The notes below the pieces were generated by a model that saw only the letters and a program-made list of their open reading frames with translations, had not been told where the DNA came from and did no database searches. A program made the position numbers and the translations under genes. From a virus: a DNA stretch of 37,620 nt. Of this stretch, positions 7,544 to 16,176 are shown piece by piece. Numbering within the stretch: position 1 is the stretch's first letter; the number at the start of each line of letters is the position of its first letter. Location of the stretch: the IMG/VR virus record IMGVR_UViG_3300025000_000248, one strand, 5' to 3'.

Positions 7544-7813
7544 TTAATCCCAATAATTACTACCTACTGTATTTACTCCAAGCTTATATAGTTCTCTTAA
7601 GGTTATCTCTAGAATCTTTTCATTGGGGATAGCAGCAATGATGCAAGCGTTAGCTTCAATAGTACTGAGATCAAATGCTTGACCAAGATGAACATTCAGA
7701 AATACATGAAAATGTGGGTATTCAGTAGCTTTAAAGTCATCAACATTAGGGGGTGTCACCAATCCAGTGCCTTCAACATTGTACATACAAGGGTTAAAAA
7801 ATGCTACAGCCAT
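7544..7813 (-). CDS. Hypothetical protein (89 aa)
   Basis: ORF with no recognised motif. Confidence 0.45.
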   Translation of the reverse strand: MAVAFFNPCMYNVEGTGLVTPPNVDDFKATEYPHFHVFLNVHLGQAFDLSTIEANACIIAAIPNEKILEITLRELYKLGVNTVGSNYWD

Positions 7814-7861
7814 TTACATACCTCCTCTTATTTTCTGTGGGGGCATTCTTCCCCACACCCA

Positions 7862-7890
7862 ATTATATCACAAAACAGAGGAGAAGTCAA
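7862..7890 (-). promoter_or_regulatory. Sigma-A-type promoter P3: CTTACTTGACTT-N17-TATAAT (TTGTGA -16 element)
   Basis: Conserved motif. Confidence 0.7.
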
Positions 7891-7926
7891 GTAAGGTTAG
7901 GTGTTATGGGCCTAAGCATGAGAAGG

Positions 7927-7956
7927 TAAAGAAAATAGCCCTTGTAGGGGGCTATT
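7927..7956 (-). terminator. Terminator hairpin AAATAGCCC-TTGTAGG-GGGCTATTT plus TTTCTTT on the minus strand
   Basis: 9-bp stem plus a U-run. Confidence 0.6.
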
Positions 7957-8197
7957 TGTCTACTAATTTCTACTCCTCCTGAATAGATCTGCATACATTA
8001 ATGAGACTGTGCACTAATCCTACAGATGCTGCTAAATGGCCACCCTAACCACCAAGATATAAACTTGCGGCACTAACGCATACCTCCATGCTTATTATCT
8101 TCTCCCTCAGGTTCTTTGCTCATGCACATAAAGATAAGCACCATCCACGCACCTAATCCAGCTAATATGGTTGCTGCACTTATCATGCATAATGCCA

Positions 8198-8461
8198 TCA
8201 TTCTTTACCATCCTCACTACCCTTCCTATACCATATAACTGTATTCCACATGGACTTAGAAGTATCCATGTCGCCAACCGCAATAACAATATACTCAACT
8301 AATAAATAAGCCAATAACCACGGAGGAACTACTAGATGTTTTAATCTTACACCTCCATTTAGGTACTTCATATTAAAGTCTCCCGCATGGTATCCTATAA
8401 AAAGGATTACAGCACTTACGACAAATATTGTAACACTTATTATCCCAAACGCTATTAACAT
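8198..8461 (-). CDS. Small membrane protein
   Basis: Hydrophobic N-terminus. Confidence 0.45.
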   Translation of the reverse strand: MLIAFGIISVTIFVVSAVILFIGYHAGDFNMKYLNGGVRLKHLVVPPWLLAYLLVEYIVIAVGDMDTSKSMWNTVIWYRKGSEDGKE

Positions 8462-8658
8462 ATCCCCGCACTCCTCACTTTAATGTCTTCCACCCAGCCA
8501 TCTACGAACTTGCCTAGTTCCTCAAAGGGTGCTCCTTCTAGGTGACTCCCATACTTCGACTGAGCAATCTCTAGGTAAGTAGCTATATCTTTGGTACTAA
8601 CTCCTAAAGGTTCCAACCCTGCCACTAACATGAAATATAGAGCTTGGTGCTTAGTCAT
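8455..8658 (-). CDS. Hypothetical protein (67 aa)
   Basis: ORF with no recognised motif. Confidence 0.4.
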   Translation of the reverse strand: MTKHQALYFMLVAGLEPLGVSTKDIATYLEIAQSKYGSHLEGAPFEELGKFVDGWVEDIKVRSAGIC

Positions 8659-9145
8659 TTCTGGGTCTCACCGCAGTAGTCACTTCTTGTGACACCACCG
8701 CTGGCTTCCAATCACCTGAAGGTCTAAATTTAGATAGGTCTCCCCCAGTCTCTAACAAGGCATTAAGCTCTCCCCATTGTTCTGAGGTCATATCACGCTG
8801 TATGTACGTATCCCACCATTCATACCAAGCTTTATATGAGTCGGTACGATCTACATGCTCTCCAGGTTTAGGGTCAGGGATCTCTACTCCGAACCTACGT
8901 GATTGCATCACAGCAAACTCTAAGGCATATTGTGCCCGTATCATGTCATCAGCAACTTCTATTGGCATTGGCATACCGATTTCATGATTCAATTGGCTAG
9001 CATGTTTCACATTGTGAATAAACCTATCCAGCACATCAATTATACCATATACCCCATATTCGGAACCAGACTTAAGTATTTCCACCCCCTTCTTCATAAT
9101 AAATGTGCCAGGATCTATGCCCCATTGTAGGTGTAGGTTTAACAT
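8651..9145 (-). CDS. Hypothetical protein (start refined to MLNLHL... with AAAGAGGAGGA ribosome-binding site)
   Basis: ORF with strong Shine-Dalgarno sequence. Confidence 0.5.
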   Translation of the reverse strand: MLNLHLQWGIDPGTFIMKKGVEILKSGSEYGVYGIIDVLDRFIHNVKHASQLNHEIGMPMPIEVADDMIRAQYALEFAVMQSRRFGVEIPDPKPGEHVDRTDSYKAWYEWWDTYIQRDMTSEQWGELNALLETGGDLSKFRPSGDWKPAVVSQEVTTAVRPRND

Positions 9146-9200
9146 GAGCTTGTCCTCCTCTTTCATATTGAATAAGCCCACATATAAGTGGGCTTATTCT

Positions 9201-9416
9201 TTATTCAGCGCTCCAAGATGCGCCACACAGGTCACATGTAAACATTGCGTACCCATGTGGAAGTTCTATGCTAACAGCACCACCACCATCCTCGCGCCTG
9301 GGGTCACAAGCGTCTAGGAGTTCTTGCCTTTTCACCTTATTAGCTAATAGAACCTCTTCCTGAACAGCTATGTCTGCATTGAGCTCAGTTAACGCCTTAA
9401 TACTTATGCTGTCCAT
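9201..9416 (-). CDS. Hypothetical protein (71 aa)
   Basis: AAGGAGG ribosome-binding site. Confidence 0.5.
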   Translation of the reverse strand: MDSISIKALTELNADIAVQEEVLLANKVKRQELLDACDPRREDGGGAVSIELPHGYAMFTCDLCGASWSAE

Positions 9417-9581
9417 TTACTTGCTAACCTCCTTAATTCTTAAGGGACAAGTTTCCCACTCATCGAGATGGGGGCACTCGGCACCATCATAGCATCTCCT
9501 CTTAGTAGGCCCCTTGAAAATGAAACATAAATAAGTGATAACACTAACCAAGATTATGCTCCCGGAAATAATCAGATCCAA
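9417..9581 (-). CDS. Unlisted small membrane protein ORF (54 aa, TTG start)
   Basis: Hand translation LDLIISGSIILVSVITYLCF... Its stop abuts the next ribosome-binding site and start codon. Confidence 0.3.
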   Translation of the reverse strand: MDLIISGSIILVSVITYLCFIFKGPTKRRCYDGAECPHLDEWETCPLRIKEVSK

Positions 9582-9592
9582 TATATAGCCCC

Positions 9593-9889
9593 CTAGTACA
9601 GATTAGAACTGCCTCCGCTATTAACTCCCAGCCACCCCACCATGGCCAATATGGCCACTACAATAGCCACCCCACCCTGAGCACGTGTAGGCTCTTTGAT
9701 TAGAGCTATACCACCAAAGATAAACCCAACAAAGGGAAACACACAAGTAAGGCTAAGAATTACCCCCAGCTTAACCATAGACCAAGGCTTAACCTCTTTG
9801 GCTAGAACCTCACTTTTAGTAGGCTCCCCACAGTTTGGGCAGTGTAATGCGTTGGCAGACATATCCTTACTACAGTTTTTACAGAACAT
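9593..9889 (-). CDS. Zn-ribbon plus 2-TM membrane protein
   Basis: CKNC...CPNC then hydrophobic segments. Confidence 0.5.
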   Translation of the reverse strand: MFCKNCSKDMSANALHCPNCGEPTKSEVLAKEVKPWSMVKLGVILSLTCVFPFVGFIFGGIALIKEPTRAQGGVAIVVAILAMVGWLGVNSGGSSNLY

Positions 9890-9960
9890 AGTAGATGCCT
9901 CCTAATTATAAACTCAGTATCTTCAACCGCAGTTCTATTTAATCTATTCACCTCTTGTAC

Positions 9961-10227
9961 TTAGTCGTGGAAAATAAATAGACCCATAGCCCCAAATATC
10001 ACAAACAATATCAACCAACCAAGTAAAGTATACCCGATGTCATCCCAAGGTACTTCATAATAATGTGGCGTTTCCTTATCTTCTTTAAGGTGAGGTAGGG
10101 GACAATCACTGGGTATGTAATCACCATCACCAGGATGCCCCTCTTTTAATTTGTCCCAGTACACAAACATACCTACTTCTCCATGTGGACAATGATAACA
10201 ATCATTTACTGATACTTTTGCACACAT
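9961..10227 (-). CDS. Small protein with C-terminal TM helix
   Basis: ORF of 88 aa. Confidence 0.45.
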   Translation of the reverse strand: MCAKVSVNDCYHCPHGEVGMFVYWDKLKEGHPGDGDYIPSDCPLPHLKEDKETPHYYEVPWDDIGYTLLGWLILFVIFGAMGLFIFHD

Positions 10228-10480
10228 GCGTTTAAAGAAACTTATTCTTCTTTAAGAATAGCCTCCCTACACTTCAATTCATCACCTTAATCAGTTCATC
10301 TACCCCTCTCCTATAATCAGGTTTAGCTCCCACCACACTTAGCGGGAGCCTAGTCCTTATGGTATTAGCCTGTTAAAGAAATCATATACAACAGGTGTCG
10401 TTTTGACAAGTACATATCCAGTGATTACTGTTTTTAGGACTTCTTGTATCACAAGATGAACACCCATCTTAGTTCCCCCT

Positions 10481-11158
10481 TTATCCCAACAATTTAGCAT
10501 CTCGCAATGCCATTATGCAATACATGCGGAGTATCCTCAAATCACCCTTAGCATCTTTCACTTCCAAGTCATTATCCATGGTCATTTGCACTAACTGCTC
10601 TGTAGTGTAGGCAGCATATTTGGACTTAGACTTACCCCCAGTCTTCTCCTTAGGGAAGTGTAGCTCAACAATCGCCATAGCCACACGCATACGCCAGATA
10701 GCCTCATGGTCTGTGACTTTAATGTCGGAGAGAATACCTTCCAGATCAGCCCACTCCATAAGCTCATCAATAGAGAGCTTCTTAATAAACTTCTGTAGAG
10801 GTTTCTTCTCCTTATAAGTACCCTTCTCTGGATAAGTTACATCTGATATCACCGCAGGCTTACCTTGAAGCTTAGGTGCAGGAGTTTCTAGTGGAGGCTC
10901 CTCCTCTTCATCAGTGTTTTCCACCTCTTCAGCAGCAACAGCTACCTCATCCTCAGTGGCATTGTCCAAGGAGGTTTCCACCTCATCTAGAACTTCCAGT
11001 TCAGGCTCTTCATCAATATTGTCCCCGCCATCCACGATAACTCCTGGATATAGACCTGCCTCGATGTCCCGAGTAGTAACACGGGGTACTCCCAGTTCCA
11101 CAGCTAGTTCTTTAAGGGAAGATACCTCTTTGCCATTAACCATATACATTTTACTCAT
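10481..11158 (-). CDS. Hypothetical protein with long acidic (D/E-rich) linker
   Basis: ORF of 225 aa. Confidence 0.5.
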   Translation of the reverse strand: MSKMYMVNGKEVSSLKELAVELGVPRVTTRDIEAGLYPGVIVDGGDNIDEEPELEVLDEVETSLDNATEDEVAVAAEEVENTDEEEEPPLETPAPKLQGKPAVISDVTYPEKGTYKEKKPLQKFIKKLSIDELMEWADLEGILSDIKVTDHEAIWRMRVAMAIVELHFPKEKTGGKSKSKYAAYTTEQLVQMTMDNDLEVKDAKGDLRILRMYCIMALRDAKLLG

Positions 11159-11218
11159 TCACATACACTCCTTCATATTGTTATAGTGGTCGTAGGGTGC
11201 TCCCCGACCCGTTGAATA

Positions 11219-11248
11219 ATTTTATCATGGGGGTGGGGGGGAAGTCAA
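11219..11248 (-). promoter_or_regulatory. Sigma-A-type promoter P4: CTACTTGACTT-N18-TAAAAT
   Basis: Conserved motif. Confidence 0.6.
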
Positions 11249-11412
11249 GTAGACTTAGTTGATAGAGCTTTAAGCATCTGATCTTCAGTGTCCCTTGTAT
11301 TCATATCTTCCATAACTAAGCATAATAGGATTTTTAGCTCAAGTCGGGAGTATCCATGTGATATTTCTTGTAACTCATCTCTGAGGGTTGATAATTCCTT
11401 AACGCTGAACAC
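11245..11412 (-). CDS. Unlisted small ORF (55 aa, GTG start, TAGGAGGT ribosome-binding site)
   Basis: Hand translation VFSVKELSTLRDELQEISHG... Confidence 0.3.
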   Translation of the reverse strand: MFSVKELSTLRDELQEISHGYSRLELKILLCLVMEDMNTRDTEDQMLKALSTKST

Positions 11413-11423
11413 TTACATACCTC

Positions 11424-11705
11424 CTAATCTTTTATATCTGGCCCGTATATAGTAACTAAAACTGAGGCACTTTTAGGCCTATTCTTTATGATCCTTAGTA
11501 CTAATGTGTTGTTAGCAGTAGGGTCTGAATGAATTATCACCCTATTAGCATCCAGTATATCGGATTCTGGTCTATTAGATGTAGGACTTTGATGTGCATT
11601 TATTCCTTCCTTAGCTAAAGCAGCCATAACTCTAAGTTCAAACTGGGAGTAACTCTGATCTATCAATCTTCTGCTCTCCCCTATTTCATTGCTTTTGTCT
11701 TTCAT
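11424..11705 (-). CDS. Hypothetical protein
   Basis: ORF of 93 aa. Confidence 0.45.
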   Translation of the reverse strand: MKDKSNEIGESRRLIDQSYSQFELRVMAALAKEGINAHQSPTSNRPESDILDANRVIIHSDPTANNTLVLRIIKNRPKSASVLVTIYGPDIKD

Positions 11706-11716
11706 CTGTATGTCTC

Positions 11717-12046
11717 CTACACTATAGTAATGTGATCACTGAAGACATCTAAAGGGAGCCACCGTACACTCTTATCCACCAGATATGGAGAAACATACTC
11801 AAACCCAATAAAGTATCCAGCTAGTGTCTCAGCTATTTCCTCACTCCAGAAATTCTTATCTGAGATGTACTCCGCTATGTACTCTCCGGCTTCTTTAGGA
11901 ACACTGATAGCAGGCTGGATTTCCACCACTTTGATAGTACCTTCCATGAGGCTAGACCACCCAGTGCTAGGATGAATCTTGTAGTGCACATTAAGCACTA
12001 TGGATTCACAAGGTCTAGCTACACCTTCCATTGTAATTACATTCAC
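11717..12046 (-). CDS. Hypothetical protein
   Basis: ORF of 109 aa. Confidence 0.45.
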   Translation of the reverse strand: MNVITMEGVARPCESIVLNVHYKIHPSTGWSSLMEGTIKVVEIQPAISVPKEAGEYIAEYISDKNFWSEEIAETLAGYFIGFEYVSPYLVDKSVRWLPLDVFSDHITIV

Positions 12047-12090
12047 TCACACATACCTCCTTATCTTGCGTGGGCTTCGCCCCACGATTA

Positions 12091-12119
12091 ATTTTACCAT
12101 GGGCTGGGGGAAAAGTCAA
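12091..12119 (-). promoter_or_regulatory. Sigma-A-type promoter P5: CTTACTTGACTT-N17-TAAAAT
   Basis: Conserved motif. Confidence 0.65.
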
Positions 12120-12144
12120 GTAAGGTTAAATGGTATGAAAGCGT

Positions 12145-12176
12145 ATAAGAAAACCCCACCTGCTAAGAGTGGGGTT
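12145..12176 (-). terminator. Terminator AACCCCAC-9 nt-GTGGGGTT plus TTTTCTTAT on the minus strand
   Basis: 8-bp GC-rich stem plus a U-run, immediately upstream of P5. Confidence 0.65.
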
Positions 12177-12184
12177 GTGAAGAA

Positions 12185-12517
12185 CTAGGTGGCAGGAGTA
12201 AAGTCCTGGACTTCTACTTGTAGGTCACCCCACCAGAAGCCATAATCAGTTAGGAGCACTGAATTGTCTTGAAGTAGATTGTGCTCTTCAATACTTGGCA
12301 CAAAATCCCTATCTTCTGAGTATCTCACCCAAATTTCAGATATTTGAGCTAGATCCTTCCTCATGCTAGGGTGTGGCATGCTTTGTGGTATTAGTGCTAA
12401 AATAGTATTATCTGTGGATTCAAGAAACACATGATCTACACCCTCCCCTACGGCCTCTAGGGTAGAAATTATAGCCTGTTGGGTAGTGAGATTCTCCAGA
12501 TTGATCACTGCAATCAT
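12185..12517 (-). CDS. Hypothetical protein
   Basis: ORF of 110 aa. Confidence 0.45.
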   Translation of the reverse strand: MIAVINLENLTTQQAIISTLEAVGEGVDHVFLESTDNTILALIPQSMPHPSMRKDLAQISEIWVRYSEDRDFVPSIEEHNLLQDNSVLLTDYGFWWGDLQVEVQDFTPAT

Positions 12518-12529
12518 TGTATGGCCTCC

Positions 12530-13120
12530 TTAGCTTTCTATTATGACGTTACAATCTTTACAACCCCAGCAATAATCCACTACCTCACCCTGTTTGATAT
12601 CTATTTGAACTTCTGCAGGTTTGTTACACTTAGGGCACAGTACCACGTCCCTAGGGGTAGGAGCCTTGTAGTGCTTACAGGAATCTGTGTGGATTAACTT
12701 GCACCCCTCGCCATATGGGCCTTCAGGCCAAGGGGCATGGCATACTCCACCATCAAAGTGTACGCAACCTTTGGTATCAAGGGTGCCAATGTCAATTATC
12801 TCTAATTTAAGGGACTCAGACTTAATCTCCTGAATATGCCCAGTATCATGTAAATACTTGATAATCTCATCATGGGTCAAAGTAGAGAATATACTAAGAA
12901 CTTTAACCTGCCACTGCTCACAGATACTCTCAGGATGTCCCACTATACGTTGTACAACCTCAGATAACTGATCCCATCTTATATACATTAATTCAGGTGC
13001 GGTGCAACAGGCGTCTCGGCTAACACGTTCAAACCCACTGAGATCTGTACCCTCTGGTAGCTCTGCTTTAATCTGTTTAATAACTTCCCCTATATTGCGT
13101 GGTGTTTCACTCAATTTCAC
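12530..13120 (-). CDS. Hypothetical protein with C-terminal Zn ribbon (CPKC...CWGCKDC)
   Basis: ORF of 196 aa. Confidence 0.5.
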   Translation of the reverse strand: MKLSETPRNIGEVIKQIKAELPEGTDLSGFERVSRDACCTAPELMYIRWDQLSEVVQRIVGHPESICEQWQVKVLSIFSTLTHDEIIKYLHDTGHIQEIKSESLKLEIIDIGTLDTKGCVHFDGGVCHAPWPEGPYGEGCKLIHTDSCKHYKAPTPRDVVLCPKCNKPAEVQIDIKQGEVVDYCWGCKDCNVIIES

Positions 13121-13796
13121 TTACCGTCCTTCCAGCCATAGCATTGATAAATCTAGCAATATCACCATGAGTGAAGAACCGAGCATCGTCAAATACAAAG
13201 CGTATCTCTGATTTACAGGGTGGGGCTGTGTATATAAATTCCAGCTCCACTTGTTCTGATGAATATCCTGCCTTACGTATCCGAGCTTCAAAAAATTTTC
13301 CCACTGCACTAACTAATTCAGGGCTTGACAATGAAGAAGGCATTTTCAGTATCATTTCTGGATAGGATCGGGCAGTGGCCCAATAGGATTCCATGCCTTC
13401 CTCATCTTTTATGATATCGCTTAGAGTTTCATCAAACCACCATCTATGGAGATACTCACTTTCTGGGCCTTCTAACTGGAGGAATGCATAGTTAATGTCT
13501 TCACATAGAGTAGACAAAGTGTTGCCCTCTAAGGGTAAAGCAATAAAGTCTGGGAACTGAGGATACTCACCCTCAGTGAACACAAGGTCATATATGTGCT
13601 CCACTACCTCAGTACTAACACATGCCGGAGCATATACTTCAATGTGCTGATCTAGTTTAAGCCAAGCATACTTGAGGTCGGGTAGATTCTCCTTTACAAA
13701 CTGTTCAGTGCTTAAACCACTGCGATGCTCTTCTTGGGTAAATACTAAGGTTTTACCCTCAAATTTAGAGAGGTCAACCTTCATTAATACTGTCAT
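13107..13796 (-). CDS. Hypothetical protein (229 aa)
   Basis: ORF with no recognised motif. Confidence 0.5.
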   Translation of the reverse strand: MTVLMKVDLSKFEGKTLVFTQEEHRSGLSTEQFVKENLPDLKYAWLKLDQHIEVYAPACVSTEVVEHIYDLVFTEGEYPQFPDFIALPLEGNTLSTLCEDINYAFLQLEGPESEYLHRWWFDETLSDIIKDEEGMESYWATARSYPEMILKMPSSLSSPELVSAVGKFFEARIRKAGYSSEQVELEFIYTAPPCKSEIRFVFDDARFFTHGDIARFINAMAGRTVSEIE

Positions 13797-13996
13797 CCCA
13801 CTTCCCCCTCCATGCTCTTAATATGAATCTTCTCGTTTACTTCATAGAATGGGACACCATCCGCCCATTGGCTGTCATCAATGAAAAGGACGCTATTAGA
13901 GTTTTTAGCAACAACCTCTCTGAGCTGTTCTACAATACCATCCAGGTTACGTTTGTTGGCCGCATCTAAGGTCAATGTGATTGAAATTACTGACAT
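13793..13996 (-). CDS. Hypothetical protein (67 aa)
   Basis: ORF with no recognised motif. Confidence 0.4.
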   Translation of the reverse strand: MSVISITLTLDAANKRNLDGIVEQLREVVAKNSNSVLFIDDSQWADGVPFYEVNEKIHIKSMEGEVG

Positions 13997-14046
13997 TATA
14001 CATACCTCCTGTTTAAATTAAAGTAAGGTTCTCTGAACCTCCCCTA

Positions 14047-14102
14047 ATTGTTGCATGAAACCAAGAAAAAGTCAAGTACCTCTAAGGCTTTCCTTAGAGG
14101 TA
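14047..14102 (-). promoter_or_regulatory. Promoter P6 (TACTTGACTT-N17-AACAAT) whose -35 overlaps the palindrome TACCTCTAAGG-CTTTC-CCTTAGAGGTA (14077-14102)
   Basis: Conserved motif with an overlapping 11-bp palindrome. Confidence 0.55.
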
Positions 14103-14226
14103 CTTTTCTCACTTCTCTTGATAGAAGTTGCTAACATCCATTAAAGTTATACCGCTCATTATGTGACCACCTATAGCTGCTTCTACAGCTTGAAGTATCA
14201 CCATTTCATCTTCTTCACTCTGGATT

Positions 14227-14475
14227 CTAACGTCTACAATTAATTGAACTACTCTTACTCCAGGTGACTCCATACCCTCTTACCTCCTCCAAATATTGAA
14301 GATAATCCTTGTGGTCTGCTAGTTCCTCAGGAGTTAACTTACTCTCATAAGCAGCCTTTCTACGCCGGACTAGCTCAGCGTGTAGGAGATCATATAGCAG
14401 GCCCGACTGTACATCTGCTTTGAGTAGGTGAATCTGTTTTAAAGACATCCTGGATAGATCCTCTGATGTCATCAT
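14227..14475 (-). CDS. Hypothetical protein
   Basis: ORF of 82 aa. Confidence 0.45.
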   Translation of the reverse strand: MMTSEDLSRMSLKQIHLLKADVQSGLLYDLLHAELVRRRKAAYESKLTPEELADHKDYLQYLEEVRGYGVTWSKSSSINCRR

Positions 14476-14744
14476 TTCCCCTTTCTAAAGTTAGGGCTAA
14501 TTTTTAACCGGGCCCACTCTATTGCCGCTGGATATGCAAGATAGAACTTATCCACCATTTCTTCAGCTTCCTCCAAGGTAATGCCAAGGCTTTCAGATAA
14601 TTTTTTATAGTCAGCTTGGGGTGTCATGTCTTCAACTTTATCGGTAATTATTGGTTTGCGTTCTATTCCACGTCTAAATAGATTAACTACATTAGTGTCC
14701 ATGTAACAAACCCCCTTTTGCTTTGATGCTAAATTCCCTACCAT
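14472..14744 (-). CDS. Hypothetical protein
   Basis: ORF of 90 aa. Confidence 0.45.
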   Translation of the reverse strand: MVGNLASKQKGVCYMDTNVVNLFRRGIERKPIITDKVEDMTPQADYKKLSESLGITLEEAEEMVDKFYLAYPAAIEWARLKISPNFRKGK

Positions 14745-15082
14745 AACTTTAATATGATGTGATTACGAGAGTGAAGCGATGAGATAGTATCATCTGCTAA
14801 CACATGTCCAAGACAGCCGATTACGGCTAATTGGAAGGCACTGAAACTCAGACACAAAAATGGTAAGGACAGAATAAAGCAACCTAGTATGCTATGACAA
14901 TGTCCTCTGTGATGCATAAATGAAACAAGAGGGTTGAATCTTCCCAATATAGATTTAGGGTGGTCAATATCTGGTAATAAGCTAGCAAATATCACCACAC
15001 AGACTAATACTGGATTGTGAGTTATAAAGAGACCAATGCAAATTCCTATTACAAGATGTTCCAAAGCATTGAAGTCTATCAC
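14738..15082 (-). CDS. Membrane-bound metal-dependent hydrolase-like protein (DUF457/YdjM-like: LPDIDHP...HRGHCHS)
   Basis: Motifs judged by eye; multiple TM segments. Confidence 0.45.
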   Translation of the reverse strand: MIDFNALEHLVIGICIGLFITHNPVLVCVVIFASLLPDIDHPKSILGRFNPLVSFMHHRGHCHSILGCFILSLPFLCLSFSAFQLAVIGCLGHVLADDTISSLHSRNHIILKLW

Positions 15083-15085
15083 CCC

Positions 15086-15547
15086 CTACCTAACTTTGTA
15101 ATTAAAGGAGCTTGTTGATGTCTTAGCTGAATCTATCACATCCTCATCAATTATTCCTAGTACAGCAAAGGCATCGACTATTTCTTTATCCACTACTTCC
15201 ACTATGCATTTCCTGGCGACTTCCATAGGTAGTTCTGCCACAATGATTTCTGGATCATAGTAGGTGTACCTTGAAGTAACTTTAGGCCTACTGGTGGGGA
15301 TCTTGTCAATGCCTCCAGCAACTGATCCTCTTAAGGTAAAGAGGTTCTGCTCATCCATATACCCCTCTATGAAGGGCTTGAGGGCTTTTAACTCACTTTC
15401 TAGTTTATTTTTCTCTTTAGTCTTGGTGATGTAGTCGTCAATCTTAGCTTGAAGGTCTTTAGGCACTTTCTTAACTAATGCCACTTTGGTCTTGCTTGGA
15501 ATTTGGGTAACTGCCCTCTTATCCTCAACTGCTTGTGTCTTTGCCAT
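15086..15547 (-). CDS. Hypothetical protein (start refined to MAKTQAVEDK with GAAGGAGG ribosome-binding site)
   Basis: ORF plus Shine-Dalgarno sequence. Confidence 0.5.
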   Translation of the reverse strand: MAKTQAVEDKRAVTQIPSKTKVALVKKVPKDLQAKIDDYITKTKEKNKLESELKALKPFIEGYMDEQNLFTLRGSVAGGIDKIPTSRPKVTSRYTYYDPEIIVAELPMEVARKCIVEVVDKEIVDAFAVLGIIDEDVIDSAKTSTSSFNYKVR

Positions 15548-15548
15548 A

Positions 15549-15833
15549 TTAATGTCCTCCTTCACCATTTGATCTTGTTGAAAATAGTTTTTCCAAGAAA
15601 TCCATTCTTGATTCATATTCCCGGATGGCTTGGTCTAGATCAATTACCCTCTGAGTAGTGAAATACACCCTACTTGAAGGCACCCCTATATCCTCAATCC
15701 TGGTACACCAATCTCCATCACATAGTTTCTTTATGATAGAGACTTTTAACCTGTAGTTAAGACCACACTGTACCTTTGTAAGAACCACCCATACATACCT
15801 CCTTCTAGTGCGCGTGGGGTTCTGTCCCATCAT
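15549..15833 (-). CDS. Hypothetical protein (true start probably the internal GTG after the AGAAGGAGG ribosome-binding site)
   Basis: ORF with ribosome-binding site inside the track N-terminus. Confidence 0.4.
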   Translation of the reverse strand: MMGQNPTRTRRRYVWVVLTKVQCGLNYRLKVSIIKKLCDGDWCTRIEDIGVPSSRVYFTTQRVIDLDQAIREYESRMDFLEKLFSTRSNGEGGH

Positions 15834-15836
15834 CTA

Positions 15837-15865
15837 ATTTTCTCACAAAACGAGGGAGAAGTCAA
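15837..15865 (-). promoter_or_regulatory. Sigma-A-type promoter P7: CTACTTGACTT-N17-GAAAAT (TTGTGA -16 element)
   Basis: Conserved motif. Confidence 0.65.
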
Positions 15866-15913
15866 GTAGGGGTAGTTGTTAAGGGAAAATAAGAAGCCCA
15901 TATTGGGCTTCCG

Positions 15914-16165
15914 TTATTTCCTCTGGAGTAGGGAATTTACAAGGGATGCTTGTAGGTATGCTGCATCTGTGGGGCTAGCTCTACTAATCATGTATCTTAA
16001 TGTGTTTATCTCATCCTCAATTTCATCAACGGCTAGTTCTGCCATCAGTACCTCTGGTTTTATCCATCGTCCTTGCACGTCCCTGTATCCAATTATATCA
16101 CCCTTAAACCCTATCTGTGGCTCATACCAATCCATTCTCTTCATGTCAATACCAAATGCCTTCAT
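15914..16165 (-). CDS. Hypothetical protein
   Basis: ORF of 83 aa. Confidence 0.45.
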   Translation of the reverse strand: MKAFGIDMKRMDWYEPQIGFKGDIIGYRDVQGRWIKPEVLMAELAVDEIEDEINTLRYMISRASPTDAAYLQASLVNSLLQRK

Positions 16166-16176
16166 TATACAACCTC

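Noticed and set aside
8107-8298. 63-aa minus-strand ORF overlapping 8198-8461 in another frame
   Set aside because: It largely overlaps a better-supported membrane-protein gene. Only its 3' part could be independent, so it is treated as doubtful.
10420-10452. Plus-strand TTGACA-N17-TACTGT promoter-like hexamers
   Set aside because: There is no plus-strand gene or RNA signal downstream, and a single occurrence is compatible with chance in AT-rich intergenic DNA.
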